The notes beneath the pieces are model-generated. The model was not told the origin of the DNA, ran no database searches, and saw nothing but the letters and a program-made list of their open reading frames with translations. Positions 1 through 11,739 of a DNA stretch of 64,000 bases are shown piece after piece (the stretch's first letter is position 1; the number at the start of each line of letters is the position of its first letter). This DNA comes from Mobula hypostoma (lineage: Eukaryota), in the NCBI RefSeq assembly GCF_963921235.1, contig NC_086098.1, positions 2,108,001 to 2,172,000 of the forward strand, in the 5' to 3' direction. A program made the translations under genes and the position numbers.

Positions 1-74
1 AGATGTCTACGAAGTGCATATATTAATCACAAATATAAAACACAAAATAGTTGATTGTATAAGTATTCACCGCC

Positions 75-390
75 ATTAATATGATACACCAAATCATCAC
101 TAGTGCAGCCAATTGCTTCTCAGCTTCCTTCCTAACTCCCTGTAGTCTGCTTTCAGATGCCCCTCCCTGGATAGATGGTAGTTTGCCTGCCAGGGTCTGC
201 AATGTTTCTGAACATGTCCACAGAATCACCTATCGGTCTCCCTGACCATAGAGTCCCCTATTACTGCTGCCATCCTCGTCTGTTTCCTACCCTTCTGAGC
301 CACAAGGCCAGACTCTGTGCCAGAGGCACGACTGCTGATGCTTCCCCCAGGTGGCTCAACTCCCTCAAAAGTACTCAAAATGGAGTAAAT
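75..390 (-). mobile_element. CR1 LINE ORF1 fragment (SGNH/GDSL esterase-like)
   Basis: Minus-strand peptide AAVIGDSMVRETDR; homologous to 34722-34900 (VVIGDSIVRGTDRRFC). Confidence 0.7.
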
Positions 391-399
391 TGTTACCAA

Positions 400-925
400 A
401 GTATATGACCATGCATTTCCCTGCACTATATTCCACCTGCCACTTCTTTGCCCATTCCCCCAATCTGTCTAAGTCCCTTTGCAGATGCCTTGCTTTCAAA
501 GCACTAGCTGCCCCTCCCTCTAACATTGTACTTCCCACAAACCTGGCCACAAAGCCATCAATTCCTTTGTCCAAATCATTGTCGTACTGTACAGTGTGAA
601 AAGTATCAGTCCCTGTTGCACACCCCTAGTCACCAGCAGCCAAACAGAAAAGGCCCACTTCCTTCCCACTGTTTGCCTCCTGCCAGTCGACCAACGCTCT
701 ATCCATGCTAGTACCTTTCCTGTAATACCATGAGTTCATATTTTGTTAAGTAGCCTCATGAGCAGCACCTTGTCAAAGGGCTTCTTAACATCCAAATAAA
801 TAACATCCACTGACTCTTGTTCGTCAATCTTGCCTGTTACTTTCTCAAAAAATTCCAACAGGTTTGTCAGGCAAGTCTTGCCCTTTAGAAAACCTTGCTG
901 ATTTTAGCTTATTTTATTGTGTGCC
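400..925 (-). mobile_element. Degraded CR1 ORF2 reverse transcriptase fragment
   Basis: ORF 365..574 LQRDLDRLGEWAKKWQVEY matches the other CR1 copies in the window. Confidence 0.85.
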
Positions 926-934
926 TGCAAGTTA

Positions 935-1175
935 TGCATCCAGTGGCAAAGATCATCCAGTTATGGGTGAAAGTGCCTTGTTAATGAGAGAAGTCAGAGG
1001 AGAATGGCCAGACTGGTTGAAGCTGACAGGAATATGACAGTAACTCAAATAACCACAGGTTACTATGGTGGTGTGCAGAAGAGCATCTCTGAACACACAA
1101 CACGCTTAACCTTGAAGTTGATGGATTACAACAGCAGAAGACCATGAACATATATTCAGCGGTCATTTTATTAGT
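935..1175 (+). mobile_element. Tc1-like transposase N-terminal (HTH) fragment
   Basis: Plus-strand translation gives QRRMARLVEADR...VTQIT...VQKSISEHT, typical of fish Tc1 DNA-binding regions. Confidence 0.6.
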
Positions 1176-2904
1176 TTCAGAAGGTACCAAGTGTAGGGGA
1201 TTGCGTAAGACAAATCAATAACCAAGAGTAAATGAGAGAGAGAGTAAGAGTGAGAGAGAGACAGAGAGAGAACTAGTTCTGCCTTCTGTAGAGCAAAACA
1301 AATATATGTCATGAAGAAGGCTCTCGGAATAAAACTTCAATTCTTTATTCCCCTCCATAGATGCTGCCTGCTCCACTGAGTTGCTCCACCATTGCTCATA
1401 AATGTATGTTTGTTGGACTTTCAAATGTAATAATACTGTGGGAGCTGCTTTGTGTGCAAGGATGTCAGTAAACCTGGTGCTTGTAACCCGGGGACTGCCT
1501 GTAATGACCTGGTGACATTATGAATGCAGAGTCTGGGCAATGTTGTGAATGTAAAGAAAGCTATGTACTGTTTTATATTTCTTGTATATATATTTTATGA
1601 ATAAAGTTTATTTATTATAAATGAAAATTGAGCAGAAGGCACAGGCTGAGTATGTTGTGAGCCCGTTTGCCCCCTTGTTCCACAGTAATTAATGAAAGAG
1701 GATGTGGGGCTGATGAACAGCTGAAGGCAAGAATCTGCAGCTGCCACTAACACGGCATTCAGTGCTCCTGTGCATAACTTCACACACACGGCAGCCTGCA
1801 AACCAGCCCCTCACCTGCCACGCTTTGTTCCTCTGCAATGGATCTGTTGACAAAACAGTGGAACATGCCAGTGCTAAGTATTAAACTGTTCCATCCATCA
1901 TTGCGATTGCTCTCCGGTAATAAATCACTTCACACGGTCCAGCTGCAGGCTGCATCATCGTGCTTGCTTTAAAAAAATGAGGCATAGTCTGCACTGCACT
2001 GCATTGATACCACATCTAGTGGTGTGTGATATTAATTGGTTATTGATTAAGCATGTGTTGAGAGGGCTTACCGGTGGTGGAGGCTGGCTCAGTCACTGCA
2101 AAGCAGCTGCGGACAATTCCATTTATCAAGCATTTAATTCCATAATGTGCAACATAGCCTTCTGTGAGCTTTCAAATATACAACCAGGTAAAATATCAGT
2201 GGGCAATATTTCAAGAAATAAATGTTTTTGTTTTTAATTAACTATCTATTCTCTGTATTTTTTATTATTATGTTCTTCATGTTATTGTGTTTTTTTTGAG
2301 CTGCATTGGATCCCAAGTAACAATTATTTTGTTCTCCTTTACACTTATGTACTGGAAATGTCATTAAACAATCTTGAATCTTAAATCTTAATTACATCAA
2401 ATGTGGAACATAGAACACTGTACAGGCCCTTCAGCCCACAATGTTGTGCCAACCTTTTATTTTTCTATCATCCATGTGCCTGTCTGAGAGTTACTTGACT
2501 GTCCTTAATGTACTTGCCTCAACCACTACCTCTGGTAGTGTGTTCCACACACCCCACACTCTCTGTATAAAATACTTATCTCTGACATCGCCCTATACAT
2601 TCTTCTAATCACCTTAAAAGTATGTACCCTCATATTAGCAATTTGAGAACTTCACTCACCTCAACACTGAACTGATTTCACAGCCTATAGACTCACTGTC
2701 AAGCACACTACAACTCATGTTCTCAGTATTATTTATTATTATTAACTATTTATTATTATTATTTGGTTTTTGTATTTGCACAGTTTCTCTTCTTTTGCAC
2801 ATTGATTCTTTGTAGGTCTTTGTGCGTAGTTTTTCATTGATTCTATTGTTTTTCTTTGTGTGAATGCCTGCAAGAAAATGAATTTCAGGGTAGTATATGA
2901 GGAT

Positions 2905-3595
2905 ATATCGTCGTGGCTATCCCTCGAGGTCGAGGATGATGGTCTTCGTTCTGTTGATCTACTTATGGGCTCTCAAGTGGCTTATGAGTCCAATCTTGGC
3001 TCTGAAAGTTCTTCCGCATTCAGGACAGGTAGTTCCAGATGGCAGATTGGGCTTTGGTTGTTGCTGCCTCTCTTTCCATTTTCTTCTCTTTTCTTCTAAT
3101 TCTGCGCGTCTGTTGGCTTCAAAAGTTGCTGTTCCTTCTCGGATGATGACTTGCCAGAGTTTCCTGTCCTTGGCAACTGTTGATGTCGATGTCACAGTCA
3201 CATTTCTTCATGTTGGCTTTTAAGACACCCTGGAATCTTTTCTGTTGTCCGCCTCTTTTACGTTTGCCTTCTTTAAGCTGGGAGTAGATTTGTTTTGGCA
3301 GACGTTCGTCTTTCATCTGAACAACATGACCGCTCCATCTCAGTTGGTTCTTGATGACGTAGGCTTCAATGCTTGTTGTTTTTGCTTCATTTAGCACACT
3401 GACGTTGGTTCTTCTATCTTCCCAGCTGATATTTAAGATGTTTCGAAGACAGCATCGATGGAACTTTTCAAGTGCCTTCAGATGTCACCGGTATGTTGTC
3501 CAGGTTTCTGACGCATACAGGAGTGTTGGGATTACCACTGCTTTGTACACTAACATTTTGGTGTCTGTTCAGATGTCACGATCATGAAAGACTCT
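2905..3595 (-). mobile_element. RTE-clade LINE 3' fragment
   Basis: QLRWSGHVVQMKDERLPKQI (3119..3397) and C-terminal C2H2 finger CPECGRTFRAKIGLISHLRAH (2959..3201). Confidence 0.85.
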
Positions 3596-3782
3596 TCATA
3601 TATATGTACTTTGATAATAAATTTACTTTGAACTTTTAATTTCACCCTGGAAAAAAGTCTCTGGCTGTCCGCTTGATCTATGCCTCTTATCATCTTCTAA
3701 ACTCATCTCTTCCTTGCTTCATTTTCTCTTCTCTGTTAATTGAATTATCAAGCCCATTCCAGTGACCTGAGCACATAACTTT

Positions 3783-3990
3783 GGGGTGGCATGGTAGCAT
3801 GGTGGTTAACATTGTGGTGCCAATGAGCTGTGTTCAATTCCTGATGCTGTCTGTAAGGAGTTTGTACATTCTCACCGTGACTGTGTGGGTTTCCTCCAGG
3901 TACTCCAGTTTCCTCCCACTTTCCAAAGACATCTGGGTTAGCAGGTTAGTTGGTCGTATGGGTGTAACTGGGTGCTGTGGCCTGTGACTG
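3783..3990 (+). mobile_element. V-SINE (tRNA-derived)
   Basis: A/B-box-like head (gtggcatggtag...gttcaattcc) followed by V-domain gggtttcctccaggtactccagtttcctcccac. Confidence 0.8.
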
Positions 3991-4195
3991 TGTATTTAAA
4001 AGTCAGGGTTGACATTCTACAAAAATACCAAGGAAATGTTGGATTGTCAGAGCAGGTTTTTTCGATGTGGTTCAGCCATGTCCTTTCTCAGATAAATACC
4101 CCAAAATATTTTTTTGAAATGGAGGAGTGATATCCCTCATGGCTTGACCAATTTCTGTCCCTCATTCTGAATGATTTCAACAAATGTTTTATTTA

Positions 4196-5458
4196 CAGTG
4201 GCATGCAAAGGTTTGGGCACCCCGGTCAAAATTTCTGTTACTATGAATAGCTAAGCGAGTAAAAGATGAACTGATTTCCAAAAGGCACGAAGTTAAAGAT
4301 GACACATTTCTTTAATATTTTAAGCAAGAAAACTTTTTTATTTCCATCTTTTACAGTTTCAAAATAACAAAAAAGGAAAAGGACCTGAAGCAGAAGTTTG
4401 GGCACCCTGCATGGTCAGTACTTAGTAACACCCCTTTGGCAAGTATCACAGCTTGTAAACGCCTTTTGTAGCCAGCTAAAGAGTCTTTCAATTCTTGTTT
4501 GGGGGATTTTCGCCCATTCTTCTTTGCAAAAGGCTTCTAGTTTTGTGAGATTCTTGGGCCGTCTTGCATGCACTGCTCTTTTGAGGTCTATCCACAGATT
4601 CTCGATGATGTTTATGTCAGGGGACTGTGAGGGCCATGGCAAAATCTTCAGCTTGCACCTCTCGAGATAGTCCATCGTGGATTTTGAGGTGAGCTTAGGA
4701 TCATTATCTTGTTGTAGAAGCCATCCTCTTTTCATTTTCGGCTTTTTTACAGACGGTGTGATGTTTGCATCCAGAATTTGCTGGTATTTGATTGAATTCA
4801 TTCTTCCCTCTACCAGTAAATGTTCCCCGTGCCACTGGCTACAACACAAGTCCAAAGCATGATCAATCCACCCCTGTGCTTAACAGTTGGAGAGGGGCTC
4901 TTTTCATGAAATTCTGCACACTTTTTTTTTACAAACATACCTTTGCTCATTGCGGCCAAAAATTTCTACTTTAACTTCATCAGTTCACAGAACCTGTTTC
5001 CAAAATGCATCAGGCTTCTTTAGACGTTCCTTTGAACTTTTTGAATAGAACTGGGCTTATGTTGCAGCCAGTGGCACGGGGAACATTTACTGGTAGAGGG
5101 AAGAACGACAGCCCAAGAATCTCACAGAACTAGAAGACTTTTGCAAGGAAGAATGGGCGAAAATCCCCCAAACAAGAATTGAAAGACTCTTAGCTGACTA
5201 CAAAAAGCATTTGCAAGCTGTGATACTTGCCAAAGGAGTGTTACTAAGTATTGCCATGCAAGGTGCCAAACTTTTGCTTCAGGCCCTTTTCCTTTTTTGT
5301 TATTAAAGATGGAAATAAAAAAGTTTTCTTGCTTAAAATATTAAAATATCTCATCTTTAACTTTATGCCTTTTGGAAATCAGGTCATCTTTTACTCGCAT
5401 AGTTATTCACAGTAACAGAAATTTTGACCAGGGGTGCCCAAACTTTTGCATGCCATTG
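4196..5458. mobile_element. Tc1-derived fold-back element carrying two transposase 3' ends
   Basis: TA|CAGTGGCATGCAAA at left and TTTGCATGCCATTG|CA at right; transposase C-terminus QQDNDPK...WPSQSPDINIIE on the minus strand (4415..4855); inverted arms 4196-4563 and 5107-5458. Confidence 0.9.
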
Positions 5459-5574
5459 CATTACCTTAATGCTGCTTTCTGGGAAGATCCTTTTTGCAAA
5501 TCGGCTGCCTTTTCCCCCACATGACAACAGTGACTATAAGTGAAAAAACATCTGTAAGGTCAGAGAGTTAGAGA

Positions 5575-6285
5575 ACACTACAGCACCGAAACACACCATT
5601 CGGCCCATCTAGTCTGTCCTGAACTACTAATCCGCCTAGTCCCATTGACCTCCATAGCCCTTGCATCCACATACCTATCCAAATTTCTCTTAAATGTTGA
5701 AATTGATCCCAGGCCCACCACTTGAGCTGGCACTTATTCTACACTCTCACAAACCTGTGAAAGAGGAAGTTCCCCCTCAATGTTTAAACATTTTGCCTTT
5801 CATCCTTAACCTATGACTTCAAGTTGTAGTCCCACCCTGCCTCAGTGGTTAAAGCCAGCTTGCATTTGCCCTATCAATACCCACATACAGGTGGTGGGGT
5901 GGAGATATGTCTCTGCCAAAGGAGATGTAAGGCACTCCTTCTTTCCGCTAGCCTTGGACAAAGCGTAGCACCTGCTTAGCCCCACCGATCAGGGTCACGT
6001 GAAGCCATGGGGGCAGGTGGGGGATGGTCGTACGAGCAGCTGGTGCACATCACAAGTCCTGGTTATGTGACCACTGACGCCAGGCAGACAATCCCTGAAG
6101 AGTATTGATAATGGCTGGGGCCACCTGTCTTTTAAAGACACTGCCCTGAAAAAGGCAATGGCAAACCACTTCTGTGGAAAAAATTGCAAAGGACAATCAT
6201 GGTCAAAGACTTTGATCGTCCACGTCATACATAATGATGGTGATGATACCCCTCATAACTTTGTATACCTCTTTAAAATTTCCCT
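5575..6285 (-). mobile_element. CR1 3' end interrupted by a short retroposon
   Basis: Similar to the 3' end of CR1 44187-46989; the CR1 sequence resumes at 6246. Confidence 0.75.
5888..6245 (+). mobile_element. Short retroposon with RTE-like 3' end and (GAT)n tail
   Basis: ggcaatggcaaaccacttc resembles RTE/Bov-type 3' ends; tail aatgatggtgatg; imperfect TSD atacccacata (5877-5887) / atacccctcata (6246-6257). Confidence 0.6.
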
Positions 6286-6744
6286 CAAAGCAGATGCTTT
6301 GAAATGTCTTGAAAGTGACAGGAAAGGTTGTATCTAAATGAGGGATTTTTATTTTAAAGGTATACACGGGAGTTTCATTATTTATCAAAATTAATTTTTG
6401 CAGAGGGATATAACAATCTGATTGGACTGTTGAACATGAACAATGGTATCCTGGCAAAATATTTGCCCTTATAAGTCACAAGAGACAAATTGTCTGACCT
6501 TTTTTTGACAGAGAATTTTGTGGGGCTTTGCTGGGTACAAGTTAGCTGCTGAAATTCCTGACCTTGCAAAATTGCTTCATTGACAGTTTTGAAAGAAATA
6601 GCAAAATAATTGCATTTGTGGCACCTTTCCTGACATCGGGACAGCTAGTGAATCATGCCTGATAGATGCTGAGAGATCCTGAAAGGTGTGATGTAAATGC
6701 AAGTGTTCTTTAATTTATCCACCAGGTCAAATGTCACACAGAGT

Positions 6745-7410
6745 CAAAGAACACTACAGCACAGAAACAGGGCTTTAGGCCCATCTAGTATGTGTCGAAC
6801 TGTTATTCTGCCTAGTCCCATCAACCTGCCTCCGGACCATAGCCCTCCATTCCCCTCCCATCCATGTGCTTATCTAAATTTCTATTAAATATTGAAATCA
6901 ACGCACATTCAATATTTTCACTGGCAGCTGTTCCGCACTTGTATCATCCTCTGAGTTAAAAAGTTCCTCTCATGTTCCCCTTTAACATTTCATCTTTTAC
7001 CCTTGACTCATGGATTCTGGTTCTAGTCTCACCCAACCTCAGTGGAAAAAGCCTCCTTGCAATTACCTTATTTATACCACTCATGATTTTGTATCAAATC
7101 TCCCCTCAATCTTCTATGCTCTACGGAATAAAATTTTTCCCTATAACATCCCATCTCCTGTACTCAGTACTTTGGTCTATGAAGGCCAATGTGCCAAAAT
7201 CTTTCTTTACAACCCTATCTACCCGTGACACCACTTACAATGAATTATGGACCTGTATTCCCCGATCTCTCTGTTCTACCACACTTGTCAGTGCCCTACT
7301 GGTCACCTTGTAAAACCTGCTCTGGTTTGTACTCCCAAAGTGCAACACCTTGCACATGTCTGCATTAAACTCCATCTGCCATTTTTCAGCCCATTTTTCC
7401 ACTGGTCCAC
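6745..7410 (-). mobile_element. CR1 3' fragment
   Basis: ORF 7235..7477 KWAEKWQMEFNADMCKVLHFG. Confidence 0.85.
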
Positions 7411-7854
7411 CAAATGAACCGATTCTTTTCAGATCCCACCAGCACTGATTCCCTTTGTCCTCACTAACTGCTGGCAAATAAGAGATGTGGCCTGGCCACC
7501 TCTAGCCCCATATAAGAACTCCAGGAAAAATGTTAATTGAAAGATTAGAAAGAGGAACAAAAGATTAGCTTTACTTGTCACATGCTCATTGCAATATCGA
7601 AATATACAGTGTAATGTGCCTTTTTTGTCTACAACCTGCACAGTCCGAGAATGTACTGGGGACAGCCCACAAGTACCACCAACATAGCAACAAAAAACTA
7701 CGTTCAACAATTATAACGAGTAAAGAATTACTGTACATATAAAAATAAAGTTAGAAGCTAAAGTACAGATATGGAATAAAATGTACATAAATACCAGTAT
7801 GCATTTACAATATAAATTGCATTATAAAAAGTGGTTTAAAGTGTTAATTCATAT

Positions 7855-8010
7855 GTCTTTGTAATGTGGGAGGAAACTGGAGCACCCAGAGGAAACTCAC
7901 ACAGTCACCGGGAGAACATGCAAACTGCTTCCGGATAGTAGTGGGAATTGAACCTTGATTGGCGATTACTGGAACTGTAAGGCATTGTGGGAAGCACTAT
8001 GCTACCGTGT
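7855..8010 (-). mobile_element. V-SINE
   Basis: gtgggaggaaactggagcaccc...gggaattgaacc is the reverse complement of the V-domain and B box. Confidence 0.75.
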
Positions 8011-8227
8011 CATCTAGAAATGCAAATTTTAAAAACGTGTATAGGACTGTGCCATTGTCAGACATGGAGATTTATAAAAAGCTCAGTAATTTCCTTCTAA
8101 TGTTTCAATGCTAGAATGACAAAATCCTTACAGACAACTACAAGAAATGAACCCCAATCTTCCAAAGGCTGGTGCTATAAAGTGTTATGCATCCAATACT
8201 CGTCAGTCCTGCAGGTCCCATTCATTC

Positions 8228-8857
8228 TAGAACATAGAACGTAGAAAACCTACAGCACAATACAGGCCCTTCGGCCACAAATCTGTGCTGAACATGCCCT
8301 TACCTTAGAAATTACCTAGGGTTACCCATAGCCCCCTACTTTTCTAAGCTCTATATACCTATCCAAGAGCATCTTAAAAGACCCTATCGTATCCGCCTCC
8401 ACCACCGTTGCCGGCAGCCTATTCCATGCACTCACCACTCTCTGTGTAAACAACTTACCCCTGACATCTCCTCTGTACCTACTTCCAAGCACCTTAAAAC
8501 TGTGCCCTCTTGTGCCAGCCATTTCAGCCCTGGGAAAGAGCCTTGGAATATCCACATGATCAATGCCTCCTATCATCTTAAACACCTCAATCAGCCACCT
8601 GTCATCCTCCGTCGCTCCAAGGAGAAAAGGCCAAGTTCACTCAACCTGTTTTCATAAGGCATGCTCCCCAATCCAGGCAACAAACTTGTAGATCTCCTCT
8701 GCATCCTTACCATAGTTTCCACATCCTTCCTGTAGTGAGGTGACCAGAAATGAGCACAGTGTTTCAAGTGGGATCTGACCAGGGTCCTATATAAATGTTA
8801 CATTACCTCTCGGCTCTTGTACTCAATCCCACAGTTGATGAAGGCCAATACACCGTA
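8228..8857 (-). mobile_element. CR1 3' fragment
   Basis: ORF 8322..8585 TRGHSFKV...FTQRVVSAWNRLP; short-repeat tail. Confidence 0.9.
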
Positions 8858-9013
8858 GGCCAATTCTCCAGCCAGCTAACAGGAGCCACCTGCCACCTCA
8901 TTTCCAACTCATCACCTGCAGTCTATTTAAACCCAGCTCTCATCTATAGTCCTTGGTTACCCATTGAACCAGCCAGCCTTAACCTGTTGTTCCTAGCCTT
9001 CAGTTATCTTGGT

Positions 9014-9235
9014 GCAAACAACAGGAATTCTGCAGATGCTGGAAATTCAAGCAACATACATCAAAGTTGCTGGTGAACGCAGCAGGCCAAGCAGCATCTA
9101 TAGGAAGAGGCGCAGTCGACGTTTCAGGCCGAGACCCTTCGTCAGGACTAACTGAAGGAAGAGTGAGTAAGGGATTTGAAAGCTGGAGGGGGAGGGGGAG
9201 ATGCAAAATGATAGGAGAAGACAGGAGGGGGAGGG
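9014..9235 (-). mobile_element. Penelope-like element 3' terminal piece with 12-bp TSD
   Basis: Near-identical reverse complement of the 3' part of 15602-16976; flanked by agttatcttggt at 9002-9013 and 9236-9247. Confidence 0.9.
9114..9149 (-). ncRNA. Minimal type I hammerhead ribozyme (Penelope-associated)
   Basis: Minus strand reads AGUC-CUGACGA-AGG-GUCUCGG-CCU-GAAA-CG-UC-GACU; conserved core, helix I and helix II intact. Confidence 0.85.
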
Positions 9236-10059
9236 AGTTATCTTGGTATCTTTTCTCTCTTGTTTTGTGGCCCCATCGCTTGTTGTTTTGCTGTTTATTA
9301 GTAAAATATCATTTACTGTTGCTCTGCCTTTGGGTAAAACCTCCTTTACATTTCCCAACTGTACTCTATTGTTTCATTGCCTTCACCAACTGCTTGCAGC
9401 AAAAAGATCTGTCTCTAGAAATGATGCTAATTGACTGAGTTTGCCTTGTCTGCTGAGTTCATTTCCCTGCACAATAATGCAACCATTGCACATGCAAAAC
9501 AATTTCTGGCTGCACCTGATGGAGACTGCAATTCTTGTCCTTTTGTGTCATACTGTGGCGAGTGGAGAGCCACAGTATGACGCAAAGGGTACATACATTG
9601 ATGGTCTGTTATCCTAAATGGAGAGGAATGTTCCTACAGCAAATCTGAATCTTCTTTGACCCGCCATTAATTGGGTTTATGAGCTCTGGGATGAGGTGCA
9701 AGCATTTGGTTTACAAGTTTCCCTGTTTTCCAGGCATTGTATTGTGTTGCAGTTTTGTCCTGATTGACAGACTAGTCATATTGGCAGACCCCTGTTGCGA
9801 GACAGAACTTGCTGATAGGATGGGGGGCACATTTACTACGAGAATCTTGAAATGATTTGTTGTGCTGATATCAGAAACATCTTCAAAGTACACTTACTGA
9901 TACAAATACTGTACACCTGATTTTTTAGATACAAATCTATCCATTTTTCAGCTTCTCCTGTTTGTTTGAACGTATATGTGACAAATAAAGCTAGTCTTTT
10001 CCAATTTGTGGAAACTTCAATTCCTCCTGAGCAGATACAGAATTTGATTGGTAATGTCC

Positions 10060-10690
10060 AGAATCTGGTTTAATGTCACTGGCATAGATCGTGAAATTTG
10101 TTATTTTGCAGCTGTACATTGCTTTAAATAATAATAAAAACTGTAAATTATAAAAATAAATATATTTGAAAAATAAATTAAATTAATAGTGAAAAAAGGA
10201 GCAAAAAAGGAAAACAAATAGTGAGGTAGTGTTCATGGGTTCACTGTCCATTCAGCAATCTGATGGCAGAGGGGGAGAAGCTGTTCCTGAATCACTGAGT
10301 GTGTGTCTTCAGGTTCCTGTGCCTTCTCCCTGATGGTAGCAATGAGAAGAGGATATGTCCTGGGTGATGGGGGTCCTTAATGATCGAAACCAACTTTTCG
10401 AGACATCGCTTTTTGAAGATGCACTCAGTGGTGGGGTGGCTATTGCCCATGTTGCAGCTTTCTACAGCTTTTCCTGACCCTGCGCAGCGACTCCTGCATA
10501 CCAAATGGTGATGCAACCAGTTCAAGTGCTCTCCATGGTACACCTTAGAAAATTGCGAGCCTCATACCAAATCTCCTCAAACTCCGAATGAAATATTGCC
10601 ACTGTCATGCTTTCTTTGCAATTGTATCAATTGTTAGGCCCAGGAGAGATCTTCAGAGACGTTGACAGCCTGGAACTGGAAACTGGATAA
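10060..10690 (-). mobile_element. Rex1/Babar-like LINE 3' fragment
   Basis: ORF 10292..10543 IIKDPHHPGHILFSLLPSGRR; homologous to 31169..31759. Confidence 0.8.
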
Positions 10691-11739
10691 ACATCCACTG
10701 CCCAACTGGCATCGGAACACATTTTGTTTCTTAACGAGCAAGTCATATCATGCACAATGCTAACCACAGAGTTCTAACTTGTTCGTCAGGATAATGTGAA
10801 ACAAGTGTTTCTTCAGCAGTTATACAAGAAACCAGTAATCCTGAAGTGGAATAATCACCCATCAGCTGACATCTTCTTTGTTATTATTACAATCTGACTA
10901 TACAGAGCAACTCATGTATTGACCCGACAAGTTGAGCAGATAATGAAGTGGATTTTTTGACAAGGTAATGTTTACTCTGACACAGAAATATGTTTCACTG
11001 TTCATCTGTACCATTGCATGGTATAATTTCATCATTCAACAAATTAAATAACCTGTTGCTTGTAAGTTAAGCAATGAAAGAATAAGCAGTTTTTTTATGA
11101 GGGCTTCAAGCACAGAATGCACAATGTTAAACACTGCTACAAAGAATTTTGATTAAATTCTGACATGCCTTATTTCTGGTGTCTGTGACATAAGTTAAGG
11201 GACCAGGATAATTTCTGTCATTCAGTGCGGATAGTTGCATCTATTTGTTTATGTGATGTACAGTAGGTGTTGCTGGCTTGTTTGACAAATTCAGTCTGGA
11301 TTTACAGTTATGTAGACTAGGTGAGAATGGCTACTCCAAACAAGATAGGTTATATGCTTCGGTTACAATCCAATAATGTTATGGACTAGTATTTACTCAA
11401 AATTCAAAGTAACTTTATAATCAACGTATATATATGTCACCATATACAAGCCTGAGATTCATTTTTTGCGGGCATTCACAGTAAATACAAGGCAATGAAA
11501 GACCACACCCAACAGGATGGACGAACAATTGATTTTCAAAAGACTCGAAGTTGTGCATATACAAAAAGAAATAATAATAATAATAAATTATTACAAATAA
11601 ATATTGAGGACATGAGAAGAGTTCTTGAAAGTGAATCCATAAGTTGTGGGAACAGTTCTGTGATGTGAAGTTGAGTGAAGTTATCCCCTTTGGTTCAACA
11701 GCCTGATGGTTGAGGGGTAACAGCTGTTCCGGAACCTGG

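Noticed and set aside
2959..3201. Host C2H2 zinc-finger gene
   Set aside because: Single finger at the end of an RTE ORF, continuous with RTE motifs upstream
3783..3850. tRNA gene
   Set aside because: Degenerate A/B boxes with no cloverleaf, continuing into a V-SINE body
10906..10964. Small exon bounded by cag and gtaatg
   Set aside because: All three frames contain stop codons and there is no other support
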